Part shown: positions 10,141-20,521 of the stretch, in pieces | Numbering within the stretch: position 1 is the stretch's first letter | Layout: each line of letters begins with the position of its first letter | Source of the DNA: Candidatus Heimdallarchaeum endolithica | GTDB lineage: Archaea; Asgardarchaeota; Heimdallarchaeia; Heimdallarchaeales; Heimdallarchaeaceae | NCBI GenBank assembly: GCA_021513715.1 | Contig: CP084167.1 | Location: forward strand, 1,728,001 to 1,792,000 | DNA length: 64,000 bases | Direction: 5' to 3' | The notes under the pieces: model-generated | The model's input: the letters and a program-made list of their open reading frames with translations, nothing else | Told to the model about the DNA's origin: nothing | Database searches by the model: none | Made by a program: the position numbers and the translations under genes

Positions 10141-11256
10141 CTAGTGGGTGTCTAATTTAACTTTTTTTACTTTATACTGATGATAAGCTGTTAACACTCT
10201 AATGAACCCATTATTTAATTCGGGAATATCCACTTCACCATTTAAGTCAATTTTAATGCTTTCAATTGTTTGAATCTTTGAACTTGTTGAAACAACTATA
10301 AGATTAACTTTCTTACAACTATTAATTACTCTTGCACTTATTTGTTGATTCCCCCTACCCAAGAGAAAACCTTGTCCTCCAATAGGTGACAGAAGGATTT
10401 TAACTTCTTTATCTTTCACCAGTTCATATAACTTCTCCTCATCAACATCTTTTGAAACAATTCGTCCATTCTCCATAAAATCTACGCCCAAAAGAGTTTT
10501 ATCGAAACCCAAATATTTCATTACTTGATAAATTGTACTCCCTGTACCTAGTATAACTGATCCGTTTAATATATTGTAACTAATTTTTAGATCCTCTGCA
10601 ATAGATTCATATTCAATTTCATCACTGTGTCCTGTAGGAATCTTTCCTCCTTGTATCAGACCGCTCTTTACAGGCGTTAGAACAGAACCAAAAAAATTTG
10701 CTGAAACTTGTCCATTTCTGAATAGTTCTTCATCAACGTCAAGAACATCTTCTAAAGTGTATTGAATTTCGCCATTTTCTATTGCTTTGATTATCTCTCC
10801 TAGATAAGTGGGATATTGCAAGAAACAACCACTAAACATTTTCACTCCAGAAGGTATACCCACTATAGGAACTTGTTGCTTAACCACTGTTAATATGTCT
10901 CTAGCTGTTCCATCTCCTCCAACAAAAACAATTAAATCAACCTTTTTATCTAAAAACAATTTACAAGCATTTTTTGTATCTTCAGCTGTTGTATGATTCT
11001 TAGAAAATAAATATACTAATTCTTTTTTAAAAGGATAATTTTGCAGTATTGATTCACCCATAGGATCTGAACAATAGTAGAAAAAAAGTGATTGTTTTTT
11101 AGAAATTGAAGAAAGAGCCTTATTTACTCTTTCATAAGCATATTTTTCTTTTTCAAAGATAGTCCATGCTTCTTCTATTCCATCAGTTCCTTTCCAAGCT
11201 CTTTTTCCTCCAATCCCTGCAATTGGGTTAATTATAAAACCGATTTTAATTGTCAT
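10141..11256 (-). CDS. ATP/polyphosphate-NAD kinase family protein (COG3199-like)
   Basis: INPIAGIGG, GGDGTARD, GIPSGVKMFSG, TLLGVD, GGQGFLLGRGNQQIS. Confidence 0.9.
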   Translation of the reverse strand: MTIKIGFIINPIAGIGGKRAWKGTDGIEEAWTIFEKEKYAYERVNKALSSISKKQSLFFYYCSDPMGESILQNYPFKKELVYLFSKNHTTAEDTKNACKLFLDKKVDLIVFVGGDGTARDILTVVKQQVPIVGIPSGVKMFSGCFLQYPTYLGEIIKAIENGEIQYTLEDVLDVDEELFRNGQVSANFFGSVLTPVKSGLIQGGKIPTGHSDEIEYESIAEDLKISYNILNGSVILGTGSTIYQVMKYLGFDKTLLGVDFMENGRIVSKDVDEEKLYELVKDKEVKILLSPIGGQGFLLGRGNQQISARVINSCKKVNLIVVSTSSKIQTIESIKIDLNGEVDIPELNNGFIRVLTAYHQYKVKKVKLDTH

Positions 11257-11395
11257 TGAAAAGGAATTAAGTATAAGGAATTTTAATTTTCCGCATTACC
11301 AAAAAAAAAGAAAGAGAAGAGGTCAATTTAATAATTTACTTTTCTTGAAAGTTACACATTAAAAAAACTTAAAACAATATCAAAAAAGTTATCTT

Positions 11396-11767
11396 GTGAT
11401 TACCTTAAAGAAAAAAGACTTGCTAATATATTATGGTGGAGCTTATTTACTAGTCGCCATACTTGAAACATTATTATTTACTACTATTCATGGAAGTTGG
11501 ACTTTCAGGAACATAATACTAAATTTTAGTATTTGGGGAATTATCTGGCTAATATCAATGTTTGCTTATCCTTCACTAATTACCGATGCAAACAGTGAAA
11601 TGTTAGCATTATCGCCATATTTTTCACTTCTTGGTTATGTAATCATCATTTTAGTTTTCTATGTAGTTTTTAGAGTTCATAAACAAAAAGTGGAAAAAAA
11701 ATTAGGGAAAAAATTATCCTTTGGAAAACTTATGGATTTATACTTCCCCATTAAAGAAGAAACATAA
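11396..11767 (+). CDS. small membrane protein (about 3 TM)
   Basis: Three hydrophobic segments and a basic tail. Confidence 0.55.
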   Translation: MITLKKKDLLIYYGGAYLLVAILETLLFTTIHGSWTFRNIILNFSIWGIIWLISMFAYPSLITDANSEMLALSPYFSLLGYVIIILVFYVVFRVHKQKVEKKLGKKLSFGKLMDLYFPIKEET

Positions 11768-11871
11768 ACTCCTTTTTCTTATTGTTAGAATAGAGAGTTC
11801 TTTTTTTGAGTTGCATACAAACCAATAATTTTATTTTAACTCAATATAATTAACAATAAAAGGTGTAATTT

Positions 11872-13077
11872 ATGAAAATATCAAATAGAGCTTCTAGTTT
11901 TAGTTATGCAATCCGAGACATCTTATCTGTAGCTAAAGAAGTAGAAGAAAAAGGACACAAACTAATAAAATTAAACATCGGAGATCCTATTAAGTATGAC
12001 TTTAAAACTCCGGACATATTAACCGAACAATTAAAATATGCAAAAACAGAAAATTACAATTTTTATGCTGATTCTCAAGGTTTACCTGAATTTAGAGAAC
12101 AAGTAGCAAATTATGAAAATAGAAAACATGGATTAAATATTTCTAAAGAAAATGTACTAGCTACTTCAGGAGTAAGTGAAGGTATTGCTTTTACATTCAT
12201 GGCTTTCACAAATGAGGGAGATGATGTATTAATTCCAGGAATACATTATCCTAGTTATTCTGGAAATTCTTCAATCTATGGAACCAATTCAATATTCTAT
12301 AAGACTGTAGTTGAAGAAAACTTTTACCCTGACCCTGATGAAATCCGTTCTCTTATGACAGAAAAAACAAAGCTGGTATTTCTTAATACACCTAATAATC
12401 CTACTGGAAGTGTCTATCCTGAAAAGGTTATTAAAGAGATTGTTGATATAGTTGGAGAATATGATGCTTGCATTGTTTCTGATGAAACTTATGACCAACT
12501 AATTTTAGATGATGAACTTAAACACGTTCCTACAGCAAAAGTGGCAAAAGATGTTCCAGTAATAGCTTATAATGGTTTTAGTAAAGTTTTTTTGGCTCCC
12601 GGGTGGAGATTAGGCTATATTTATGTTCATGATCCTGAGGGAAAAATAGAAGAACCTTGGGAAGGAATCAATAAATTAGCCAGAATTCGTTTATGTGCTT
12701 CCACACCTTTACAAAAAGCAGGAACAGAAGCTCTAAAAGTTGACCAAAGCGTTTACTTACCAAAAGTAATTGAAGATTTGAGAAAAAGAAGAGATTTAAT
12801 GTATAATAGATTAAAAGAAATGGATAGCATTTCTGTTTATAAGCCTCAAGCAGCTTTCTACATCTTTCCAGTACTTAACATGGAACAATTTACTTGGAAA
12901 AATGATAAGGAATTTGTTATAGATTTTCTAAAAAAGAAACATGTATTAACAGTCTTTGGCACTGGTTTTGGTCCATACGGGAAAAATGGTTTTCGTATGG
13001 TCTTTTTACCTACAGCTGAAGAAATAGATGAATCAATGAACAGACTTGAGGAAATATTAAAAGAAAATAGAAAGTGA
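11872..13077 (+). CDS. class I/II PLP aminotransferase (alanine aminotransferase-like)
   Basis: YAIRDI, LNIGDP, PNNPTG, DETYD, GFSKVFLAPGWRLGY. Confidence 0.9.
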   Translation: MKISNRASSFSYAIRDILSVAKEVEEKGHKLIKLNIGDPIKYDFKTPDILTEQLKYAKTENYNFYADSQGLPEFREQVANYENRKHGLNISKENVLATSGVSEGIAFTFMAFTNEGDDVLIPGIHYPSYSGNSSIYGTNSIFYKTVVEENFYPDPDEIRSLMTEKTKLVFLNTPNNPTGSVYPEKVIKEIVDIVGEYDACIVSDETYDQLILDDELKHVPTAKVAKDVPVIAYNGFSKVFLAPGWRLGYIYVHDPEGKIEEPWEGINKLARIRLCASTPLQKAGTEALKVDQSVYLPKVIEDLRKRRDLMYNRLKEMDSISVYKPQAAFYIFPVLNMEQFTWKNDKEFVIDFLKKKHVLTVFGTGFGPYGKNGFRMVFLPTAEEIDESMNRLEEILKENRK

Positions 13078-13087
13078 GAAAGTGTTT

Positions 13088-14062
13088 TTACTCTGCTCCT
13101 ACTTCTTCTTTTGTTTTTTTCAAATTTTGTGAAATAGATGTTAAGCCAATACCTATTATCACTATTAATGCATAAGCAAGGGTGATTAATTCTGGAATTT
13201 GATCTAAAAAAACTATACCTAAAATAGTGGCCCCGATAGGTTCTGCAACTATTACAGTCCCTACAATAAAAGCAGGAATTTTTCTAAGAGAGTAATTATA
13301 CGTAGCATGACCAATAAGTGATGGTCCTAAAGCCATTAGTATAATAAATAAAAATGCCTTTCCTGGAAAAACAAAACTATTACGCTGGACTAAATTATAA
13401 AACATTAAAGCAACAGCAGAAACTATGTTTACAACTCCAAAATAAGGCCATAGTGGAGAATCCTTTAAAATCTTCTTTCCTATTAAGAAATAGAAACTTA
13501 CAGTGACTGCACCTATAACAGCTAAAATACCACCTAGCAAAGGGTTAATCGAATCAGAAGATTGAGAAGTTGAGAGCGTTAATAAAACACTACCTACAAT
13601 GGCAATAACTATTCCAGTAACCCCTATCCAGTTAACCCTTTCTCTAAAGAATAAAAAACCAAAAATAGCCATAAAAATAGGAACAGTATCTACCAGTGTT
13701 GTAGAGATTGCAACAGAAATAAAGCGTAATGACAAAAACCAAGTTGCAAAATGAATTCCTAAAAGAATACCAGAAAGAACTATCCAATGATATCTCTTTA
13801 TAGTTTTTTCTGATTTTAACCATTTTACATCCTTATTCATTATCGAAATAACAAGGGCGCCAATTCCAGCAAATAAAGTTCTATACATTGCTACAATTTC
13901 AGAAGAAACATCATATTTTTGAATTAAAACAACAAGAGGAGCAGCAAATGAAACAGCAATAATCGCTATAAATAAAAGAATAAAAGGGATGTATTTTTTT
14001 ATCCAAGTGCTGTTTCGAATTTTTTTCATTTGTACCATTCCAAGCTTCTCTGCGTTCAACAA
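13088..14062 (-). CDS. DMT/EamA family transporter
   Basis: 10 TM duplicated EamA pattern; HFATWFLSL, GHATYNYSL, EPIGATILG. Confidence 0.9.
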   Translation of the reverse strand: MLNAEKLGMVQMKKIRNSTWIKKYIPFILLFIAIIAVSFAAPLVVLIQKYDVSSEIVAMYRTLFAGIGALVISIMNKDVKWLKSEKTIKRYHWIVLSGILLGIHFATWFLSLRFISVAISTTLVDTVPIFMAIFGFLFFRERVNWIGVTGIVIAIVGSVLLTLSTSQSSDSINPLLGGILAVIGAVTVSFYFLIGKKILKDSPLWPYFGVVNIVSAVALMFYNLVQRNSFVFPGKAFLFIILMALGPSLIGHATYNYSLRKIPAFIVGTVIVAEPIGATILGIVFLDQIPELITLAYALIVIIGIGLTSISQNLKKTKEEVGAE

Positions 14063-14077
14063 AGCAAATTTTTCCTT

Positions 14078-15313
14078 TTAAGCTCCAAACTTTTCTACTA
14101 AGTGTAACTCATTTAATAGCAATTTCATTAGATGTTTTCCTTTAATTCTTCCTAATCCACCATTATATGCATAACGTTCTCCAAAATGCTTAACATCGTC
14201 TTTCACACAAGTTGGAGAACAAATTATTAGTGGAACTGGATCTGCAGAATGGTCCTTAAAAGAACAAGGAGTACTGTGATCTCCAGAGATCATTATAACT
14301 AGCTCTTCTTTAAATTTTTCAGGAAGAAATCTATATAGCTCTTTGTCAACTTTCTCAATAAATTCAACCTTTCCATTGTAATTTCCATCATGTCCATAAT
14401 TATCCGTTCCTTTAAAGTGTAAAAATATAAAATCATGAGTCTTTAAAAGATCAAAAGCAGTTTCAGCTTTTAAACTTACATCAGTATCTGTTCCTCCAGT
14501 CATTCCATCTTTTTCAATTATTTCCATCCCAAGCATTCGAGCAACACCTTTGTATAGTCCTCCACCAGCTACACAAGCTGTTTGCAACCCATATTCTTTC
14601 TCAAAATTTGGCAATTTTGGAACTTTTCCAGCCCCTCTAATTAATAAATAATTAGCAGCTAATTTACCTGCTTCAATTCGTTGTTTATTTAAGGAAGAGT
14701 CAGACAATATTTCGTGGGACTTCTTAGCAAACTCAGATAAAACCCTAGCAGTTTTTTCTGCTGATTCTGAATCTTCTAAAGCTTTGAATGAATATGGAGC
14801 TTTTCCTTCAACTTTAGGGTCATTAGCTGAAACTTTATCCGACAAATTTTTACCACGAAGAACTAAAGCAGCCCTATGTTCGGTACCTGCTTTCATAAGA
14901 AATTGTACGCCTTCTATCTCTATTCCATTTAGCTGTTCAATAAATTCATCTGTTCCCTCTTTTATACGTCCAGCACGCCGATCAACAATAATGCCGTTTT
15001 CATCTATCGTGGCAAAATTTACTCGAAAAGCGATATCTCCTTCTTTTACAGTCAACCCTACACCTGAAGCTTCAAATGGTCCTCGTCCAGTATAATACTG
15101 AAAAGGATCAACTCCAAATAGTGCAAGATGAGCAGTGTCACTTCCTGGTGTCTGTCCAGTTTCAATCACATCCATGATTCCAGTTACACCCAATTCAGCA
15201 AATTTATCCATATTGGGTGTTTTGGCATACTCTAAGGGAGTTTTACCACCTAATTCAGGAATTGGGCGGTCACCTAACCCATCAAGAATAATAAATAATA
15301 ATTTTCCAGTCAT
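14078..15313 (-). CDS. apgM: 2,3-BPG-independent phosphoglycerate mutase (archaeal type)
   Basis: DGLGDRP, TPLEYA, PGSDTAHL, GRGPFEA, DRRAGRI, GDHSTP, HSADPVP. Confidence 0.95.
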   Translation of the reverse strand: MTGKLLFIILDGLGDRPIPELGGKTPLEYAKTPNMDKFAELGVTGIMDVIETGQTPGSDTAHLALFGVDPFQYYTGRGPFEASGVGLTVKEGDIAFRVNFATIDENGIIVDRRAGRIKEGTDEFIEQLNGIEIEGVQFLMKAGTEHRAALVLRGKNLSDKVSANDPKVEGKAPYSFKALEDSESAEKTARVLSEFAKKSHEILSDSSLNKQRIEAGKLAANYLLIRGAGKVPKLPNFEKEYGLQTACVAGGGLYKGVARMLGMEIIEKDGMTGGTDTDVSLKAETAFDLLKTHDFIFLHFKGTDNYGHDGNYNGKVEFIEKVDKELYRFLPEKFKEELVIMISGDHSTPCSFKDHSADPVPLIICSPTCVKDDVKHFGERYAYNGGLGRIKGKHLMKLLLNELHLVEKFGA

Positions 15314-15459
15314 TAATGAGAAAAATTAATGAATACAAATAAATGTTGCTTTAAATCAGCAATTATTTTGAATTAATCTATTTTCTCTGTAAGAATTTAA
15401 GTAAGAAGGAGTTCTTTTATTTGTATTAAGTTAAAATATACCATTTATTGAAAAACGTA

Positions 15460-16191
15460 TTATTTCAAAAAAAATGAAAGAACGCAAATGATTATTGAAA
15501 TAAAAGAAAATAAAAAATCTTTTATTCTAAATTGCCTATTGATGCTATATTTTCGTTTGATAGAAGGGTTATATCCTTTCATGACTAGAGCTTCTGCAAA
15601 CAAAATGCTATTATTAATAGCTCTAATAAATACTGTCTTTAACATTTTTTTTAGAATAAAAAATTGGTTGATGATATTCCATCTAGGAGAAACAAATCCT
15701 TTTATTCTCCTTGAATAATTTAAAACAGATATTTCTTTTGTGAAAAGGGGTATTAGTTGGTAAAGACTGGTAAAAATAGTTGTTAATTTTTGTGGAAAGT
15801 GCATTTTGTTCATTACAATGGATAACTCATTTGTTGAAACTGTTTGAAAAAACCAAGTAATCAAACAAAATGAAGTGATAAAACGATTAAAGAAAAAATA
15901 AAACAATATTATCAATTCATACAATGTTTGTTTTTTATATAAGAAAAAAAGCCCCAATAATGAAAAGAATAGGAAAAATAAAATTATTTTTAGCAGTGTT
16001 CTTATGGGAAATTTAATGTTAACTAGCAGCAATAATGATAAAACTATAAGATAAGAATGATACCATATAGATTTTGAAGTGAATAGGATAACTAATTGAG
16101 TAATTAGAAAAACAACTTTAGTTCTTGGATCAATTGTTTTGGGTTCAATCAATCTGTTAATTGTCTTGTCTGAATCTAACATTTTTTTCAC
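15460..16191 (-). CDS. ECF transporter transmembrane component T (CbiQ/EcfT-like)
   Basis: IDPRTK start motif, TM helices, degenerate xRG motifs (IKGF, MKGY); overlaps the ABC ATPase gene. Confidence 0.75.
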   Translation of the reverse strand: MKKMLDSDKTINRLIEPKTIDPRTKVVFLITQLVILFTSKSIWYHSYLIVLSLLLLVNIKFPIRTLLKIILFFLFFSLLGLFFLYKKQTLYELIILFYFFFNRFITSFCLITWFFQTVSTNELSIVMNKMHFPQKLTTIFTSLYQLIPLFTKEISVLNYSRRIKGFVSPRWNIINQFFILKKMLKTVFIRAINNSILFAEALVMKGYNPSIKRKYSINRQFRIKDFLFSFISIIICVLSFFLK

Positions 16192-17669
16192 TCTTGATCT
16201 TTAGTTTTCCTCTTAACTTTGTTTAATTGTTTATTCTTAAGAACAAATATTTCATCAGCAACTGAATTCAAAAACATTAAATCATGACTTGCAAATAATA
16301 TTATTTTTCCTTTTTCTTTTTCTTTAATTAATTGCTTTTGGAGCCATCTTTTATTTTCAAAGTCCATCCCATTTGTAATTTCATCTAGCAGAATAACCTT
16401 TGGATTATGAAAAGTAGAAGCAATAAATGCTAACCTTCCTTTTTCCCCTTCAGATAATGAAAAGGGGCTATAAAGAGAATAATTGCCCAATCCAGCTTCT
16501 TTCAATACTTCAATGATCCTTTCTTTAGCTGGAACCTTTCTTTTTAAATTTCGGAGAATTAATGTTACTTCATTCTCTACTGTTTCTTCAAAAAATTGTA
16601 ACTCTGGGTTTTGAGATACAAAACCAAAGAGAGAAGCTTTCTCCAGCCATTTAAACTTATGAATATATCTGTTATTTATTGCTATTTGGCCTTTTATGGG
16701 TTTTAAAAGACCAGTAATTAATGAGAGTAAAGTTGTCTTTCCTGTACCATTATTTCCTATAATTCCAACTATTTTTCCATTATTTATAGAAAGAGATAAA
16801 TTTTCAAAAACACTTTCTTCTCTTTCCTTATATTTAAAGTGAACTTTATCAAGTACCAAAGAAAAGGGAGTATTTTCATTTTTTGTTAATGAATTATTTT
16901 GAGGATAAATTCTCTTAATTTTCAATAGAAAAGAGTCCCTATTTTCAATTTCATTAAAACGTATTTCCGTTATTTTTTTATTTTGAATCTGAAAGATTTT
17001 AGGAGATAGAAACGAATACTTTGATATATCATGACTTGCAATTATAATTGTATATTTTTGTTCTTTTAGTTTTAGTAACAGATTTGTTGTCTTCTTCTGG
17101 TTTATCTCATCAAGATTTGCCAGAGGTTCATCTGCAATAATCAGTTCGGGGTAAGAAATAAGAGTTGAACCTAGACAAGTTTTTTGTTTTTCTCCTTCAG
17201 ATATATTTCTTGGATTTCGGGGTAGAAGTTCTTTTAGTGACAAATCCTCTGCAATTGAAAGAACCCTTACTCTAGTTTCACTTGAAGGGGTCTGTTTATA
17301 TTCTAAACCAAAAGACAACTCTTCATAAACTGTAGGTTCTGTAATAAAATTGTTTACTCGTTGAGGAATATACCCTACTTGTTCTGTAATTCTTGAAATT
17401 TTTGAAAAGAGTACATTTTTTCCATTGACATAAACTTCACCTTTTGTATCGCCCTTATAAAGGTGTGGAATCAAACCTAAAATTGAATATAAGATAGTTG
17501 ATTTTCCTGAACCACTAAAGCCAGTTAAGAGAATTGTTTCTCCTTGGTTTATCTTAAAGGACAGATTTTCTATTACATATTTCTCCCTAAAGTGATATTT
17601 AAAACTAAAGTTCTTAAACTCTACAATTGGTATATTTAAAACTGAATCAAGACCTTGCATTTGAACCAA
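16188..17669 (-). CDS. ECF-type duplicated ABC ATPase
   Basis: Two Walker A motifs (GFSGSGKS, GNNGTGKT), two signatures (ISEGEKQK, LSEGEKGR), QNPELQFF. Confidence 0.9.
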   Translation of the reverse strand: MVQMQGLDSVLNIPIVEFKNFSFKYHFREKYVIENLSFKINQGETILLTGFSGSGKSTILYSILGLIPHLYKGDTKGEVYVNGKNVLFSKISRITEQVGYIPQRVNNFITEPTVYEELSFGLEYKQTPSSETRVRVLSIAEDLSLKELLPRNPRNISEGEKQKTCLGSTLISYPELIIADEPLANLDEINQKKTTNLLLKLKEQKYTIIIASHDISKYSFLSPKIFQIQNKKITEIRFNEIENRDSFLLKIKRIYPQNNSLTKNENTPFSLVLDKVHFKYKEREESVFENLSLSINNGKIVGIIGNNGTGKTTLLSLITGLLKPIKGQIAINNRYIHKFKWLEKASLFGFVSQNPELQFFEETVENEVTLILRNLKRKVPAKERIIEVLKEAGLGNYSLYSPFSLSEGEKGRLAFIASTFHNPKVILLDEITNGMDFENKRWLQKQLIKEKEKGKIILFASHDLMFLNSVADEIFVLKNKQLNKVKRKTKDQE

Positions 17670-17676
17670 AACTAGC

Positions 17677-18681
17677 CTAGTAAACTTTATCTAAAATTAA
17701 TTTTAGCACTTCATGTTTAAGTTTATCGATATCATTAGGTAAGTTACCTAAATTTGGCAAGTTTATTCCTGCTGCAGTTATGTGTCCCCCTCCAGTACCA
17801 CCTAAACTTAGTGAAAGTTGATATGCTATATCGCCTAAATCTATATTATGTTTCCTAGCAAAAGACTTCTTACATCTAAGACTTATTCTTAGATTTGAGG
17901 ACTTTTGTTTTGAAACAACAATTGCTAAATCTGCACCTACAGAGGTTAAACTTCTCGCTACTGCTGATTCAAAAGAACTTACATGCGATATTGCAATTAA
18001 ATCATCATCTATTTTTTTTAATATTGCTCTTTGCATTCCTTTAATTTTCGCAATTCTTTCTGATAGGGAAATAGGAATGGCTAATACAGATAATGCTTTT
18101 TCATAATCACCATATTTGGTTAGAAAATTAGTTACTTCAAAAATGTGCTCTGATGTAATAAGAAAACGACGAGAATCAGACATTATACCGGCCAACAATA
18201 GAGTTGCGACATCTGTTGGTAAAGATATACATGATTTATAGAATATATAGGAAATTATCTCTGAAGCAGAACTAAATGATTGATCAATTATAGTGACATC
18301 AGCTTTTTCACTAAATTCATGAAAAGAGTGGTGATCAATAATAAAAAATAATTTATCTCTTGGAAAATCTTGATTTAGAACTAGCTCTCCTAGTTGTAAC
18401 AGATTATTTACATCACAGAAGAAAAAAGCTTTGTACTCGTCAACTATCAAGTTGTTATAGACACTTATGTTAAAAGTCGAACATAAATTTCCTGTTAACG
18501 AATTTAAAGAAGAAGCAAATAAATGTATAGTAGTTAAGGGAATAAAATGATTTATTAATTCTTTTAACCCCATTGCACTAGCTATTGCATCAGCATCTGC
18601 ATTCTGGTGGAGAAGTATTGCTATTTTTGATATTTTTCTTTCTTTTAAGAGGGAAATTATTCTTTGGAATTTTTGTAGCAA
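17677..18681 (-). CDS. DHH family phosphoesterase
   Basis: HQNADADA, IIDHH, GGGHITAAG. Start TTG 18681 after GGAGGA. Conserved archaeal pfdB-DUF3194-DHH order. Confidence 0.9.
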   Translation of the reverse strand: MLQKFQRIISLLKERKISKIAILLHQNADADAIASAMGLKELINHFIPLTTIHLFASSLNSLTGNLCSTFNISVYNNLIVDEYKAFFFCDVNNLLQLGELVLNQDFPRDKLFFIIDHHSFHEFSEKADVTIIDQSFSSASEIISYIFYKSCISLPTDVATLLLAGIMSDSRRFLITSEHIFEVTNFLTKYGDYEKALSVLAIPISLSERIAKIKGMQRAILKKIDDDLIAISHVSSFESAVARSLTSVGADLAIVVSKQKSSNLRISLRCKKSFARKHNIDLGDIAYQLSLSLGGTGGGHITAAGINLPNLGNLPNDIDKLKHEVLKLILDKVY

Positions 18682-18968
18682 CGGAGTTCCTCCTCCAACC
18701 AAACGGTTAGTAATTCTGATATTTTATTGTGTAATTCATTTAATTTCTCATTATTAAGTGCTCCAGAAGATTCAATTTCTAAATTAAGAGTGAGCTTATT
18801 GTTTTTATCTTGTTCTAGATCAATTATTATTGAATACTCAGTGAGAATAGACATCAATTTCTCGGAAGTTAAATAATCAAATAATCTTTCAGTCAATTTT
18901 TCAGCAAAGTTTTCTAGTTCTTTAGATGAAAAAGAAGGAAGTCCGATTTCAATGAAATCTTCTGTCAT
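18657..18968 (-). CDS. DUF3194-like protein
   Basis: EIGLP start, acidic ~100 aa, located between prefoldin beta and DHH. Confidence 0.7.
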   Translation of the reverse strand: MTEDFIEIGLPSFSSKELENFAEKLTERLFDYLTSEKLMSILTEYSIIIDLEQDKNNKLTLNLEIESSGALNNEKLNELHNKISELLTVWLEEELRCYKNSKE

Positions 18969-18998
18969 ATATTACACACCGCTAAAAGGGAATAATCC

Positions 18999-19337
18999 CT
19001 AAATTTTTAGTCGCTCTTGAATTTCCTTTAGAGAGTTCAATATGTTTTTCTCTCTTTTTTGAAGAGAAGACAGATGTACCTCTATTCTTTCAAGTTCATC
19101 TGTTAACGATTTTTTCACAGTTTCAACGTCTGATTGAAAAAGTATTGGACCAGTAGAGCGATAAATTACAGTTGAATTATCTAATTCATCGACCACTTTC
19201 AGAGCATTCGAACTATCATGTTTCATGATTTCATATTGCTGGATGTTTATTCTAATTGAATCTAAACTTTGACGGAGTTCATAATATCGTTGAACATCTT
19301 TTTCTTGTTCTGGTGTAAGTTTTCCTGGACTTGACAT
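18999..19337 (-). CDS. pfdB: prefoldin subunit beta
   Basis: Coiled coil - IYRSTGPILF hairpin - coiled coil; 112 aa; gene context. Confidence 0.88.
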   Translation of the reverse strand: MSSPGKLTPEQEKDVQRYYELRQSLDSIRINIQQYEIMKHDSSNALKVVDELDNSTVIYRSTGPILFQSDVETVKKSLTDELERIEVHLSSLQKREKNILNSLKEIQERLKI

Positions 19338-19469
19338 AATATATCCTCATTTAATGATATGAACTTCAAGTAATAGAGGAAATAAAGTTTTTGTTAAGTC
19401 ATATCTATCAAAGTCTTTTAGAAAACAATTATTTTGATTTAGTTATAGAATCTTTTTTTACTTATATTA

Positions 19470-20471
19470 AGCATGTCCAAAAATTCTTTTTCACCAACTA
19501 AACGGTCCGAAGGAGTAAAAGGTAGTTGTAACAGAGAAGAGAACTGTACAAGGTAGAGAGAATGGTGGAGGGTAAACGATCAAGGATTGGGGGAAGAGAG
19601 AGTTTAAGGAGACCAAAGACGTGTTCAATACTACTACGATACTCGGGATGATGATTACGACGATACAGACCAGGGTAGAGACGATGAGCTTGAACTATTG
19701 GTCCGAGGGGAGGAGGAGAGGGATAACGAGCATTACTTTTTGGGGGAATAACAGGGAAAAAGGAATGTTGGCTAAGAAGTCCAACGATATTTTCTGTCCA
19801 GTAGGCACAGTCTCCATAAAATCGCAAGAAAGGTCTCAAGAGTGCAGAAGGAAGTTTCTGCCAGAGTAAACCGAAGACTTTACTATCGTGAGTGTTACTA
19901 GCAGAATGAGCGAGAGAGACTATAGCTCGAGAGGGTAAACCAACTATAAGGTGTATCTTCCAGAAAAGTTTAGAGGTTTTCTTTAGTGTCCCTCTTGACC
20001 ATTTGAGAAAACGCCAAACAGAAGCTTGACGGATTTTAAACCCTGAACTATCCACTGCCATAGCTTTCAAGCCTTTTTTCCTCACTATTTCCCTACCTAA
20101 ATCTATTATCCACTGCTCTAAGATTTTACTTTCTGTCGCTCTCCACACTGCATGAAAAGTAGATTTAGAAGGAATCTTCTTCATCCACCCCTCTTCTATC
20201 AAAAAATCGCATAAAGACAACTTTTCCTCTAACTTCCTCCAAGCTATCCCTTCTATTCTAGCAATGATTGCTAAAGCCAGTATCACCCATCTTTCTGCTA
20301 TTCTCTTTCTCCCTCTCTTGCTTTCTCTCGGTTCCTCTTTCACCAGTTTCTTAAGGAAAGGTTCATTAATGATTATGAATTCTCTTGCTTTGTGGGGGTC
20401 TATGATCTGAAAGAAATTCATACTTCCGACATAAACCCCCACATTAATAAAAATTAATTTTTGGACATGCT
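19470..20471 (-). mobile_element. IS5-like (DDE_Tnp_1) insertion sequence, 1002 bp
   Basis: Perfect 16-bp TIR AGCATGTCCAAAAATT (19470-19485 / 20456-20471). 8-bp TSD TTATATTA at 19462-19469 and 20472-20479. Confidence 0.92.
19498..20442 (-). CDS. IS5/IS4-clan DDE transposase
   Basis: AVDSSG (D), KIHLIV, HDS, YGDCAY (D), YRSSIEHVFGLLK (Y-R-E-K). Confidence 0.9.
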   Translation of the reverse strand: MGVYVGSMNFFQIIDPHKAREFIIINEPFLKKLVKEEPRESKRGRKRIAERWVILALAIIARIEGIAWRKLEEKLSLCDFLIEEGWMKKIPSKSTFHAVWRATESKILEQWIIDLGREIVRKKGLKAMAVDSSGFKIRQASVWRFLKWSRGTLKKTSKLFWKIHLIVGLPSRAIVSLAHSASNTHDSKVFGLLWQKLPSALLRPFLRFYGDCAYWTENIVGLLSQHSFFPVIPPKSNARYPSPPPLGPIVQAHRLYPGLYRRNHHPEYRSSIEHVFGLLKLSLPPILDRLPSTILSTLYSSLLCYNYLLLLRTV

Positions 20472-20521
20472 TTATATTATAAAAAATAAAAAAGAAGTTA
20501 AAGTTTGAAATTTAAAAACAA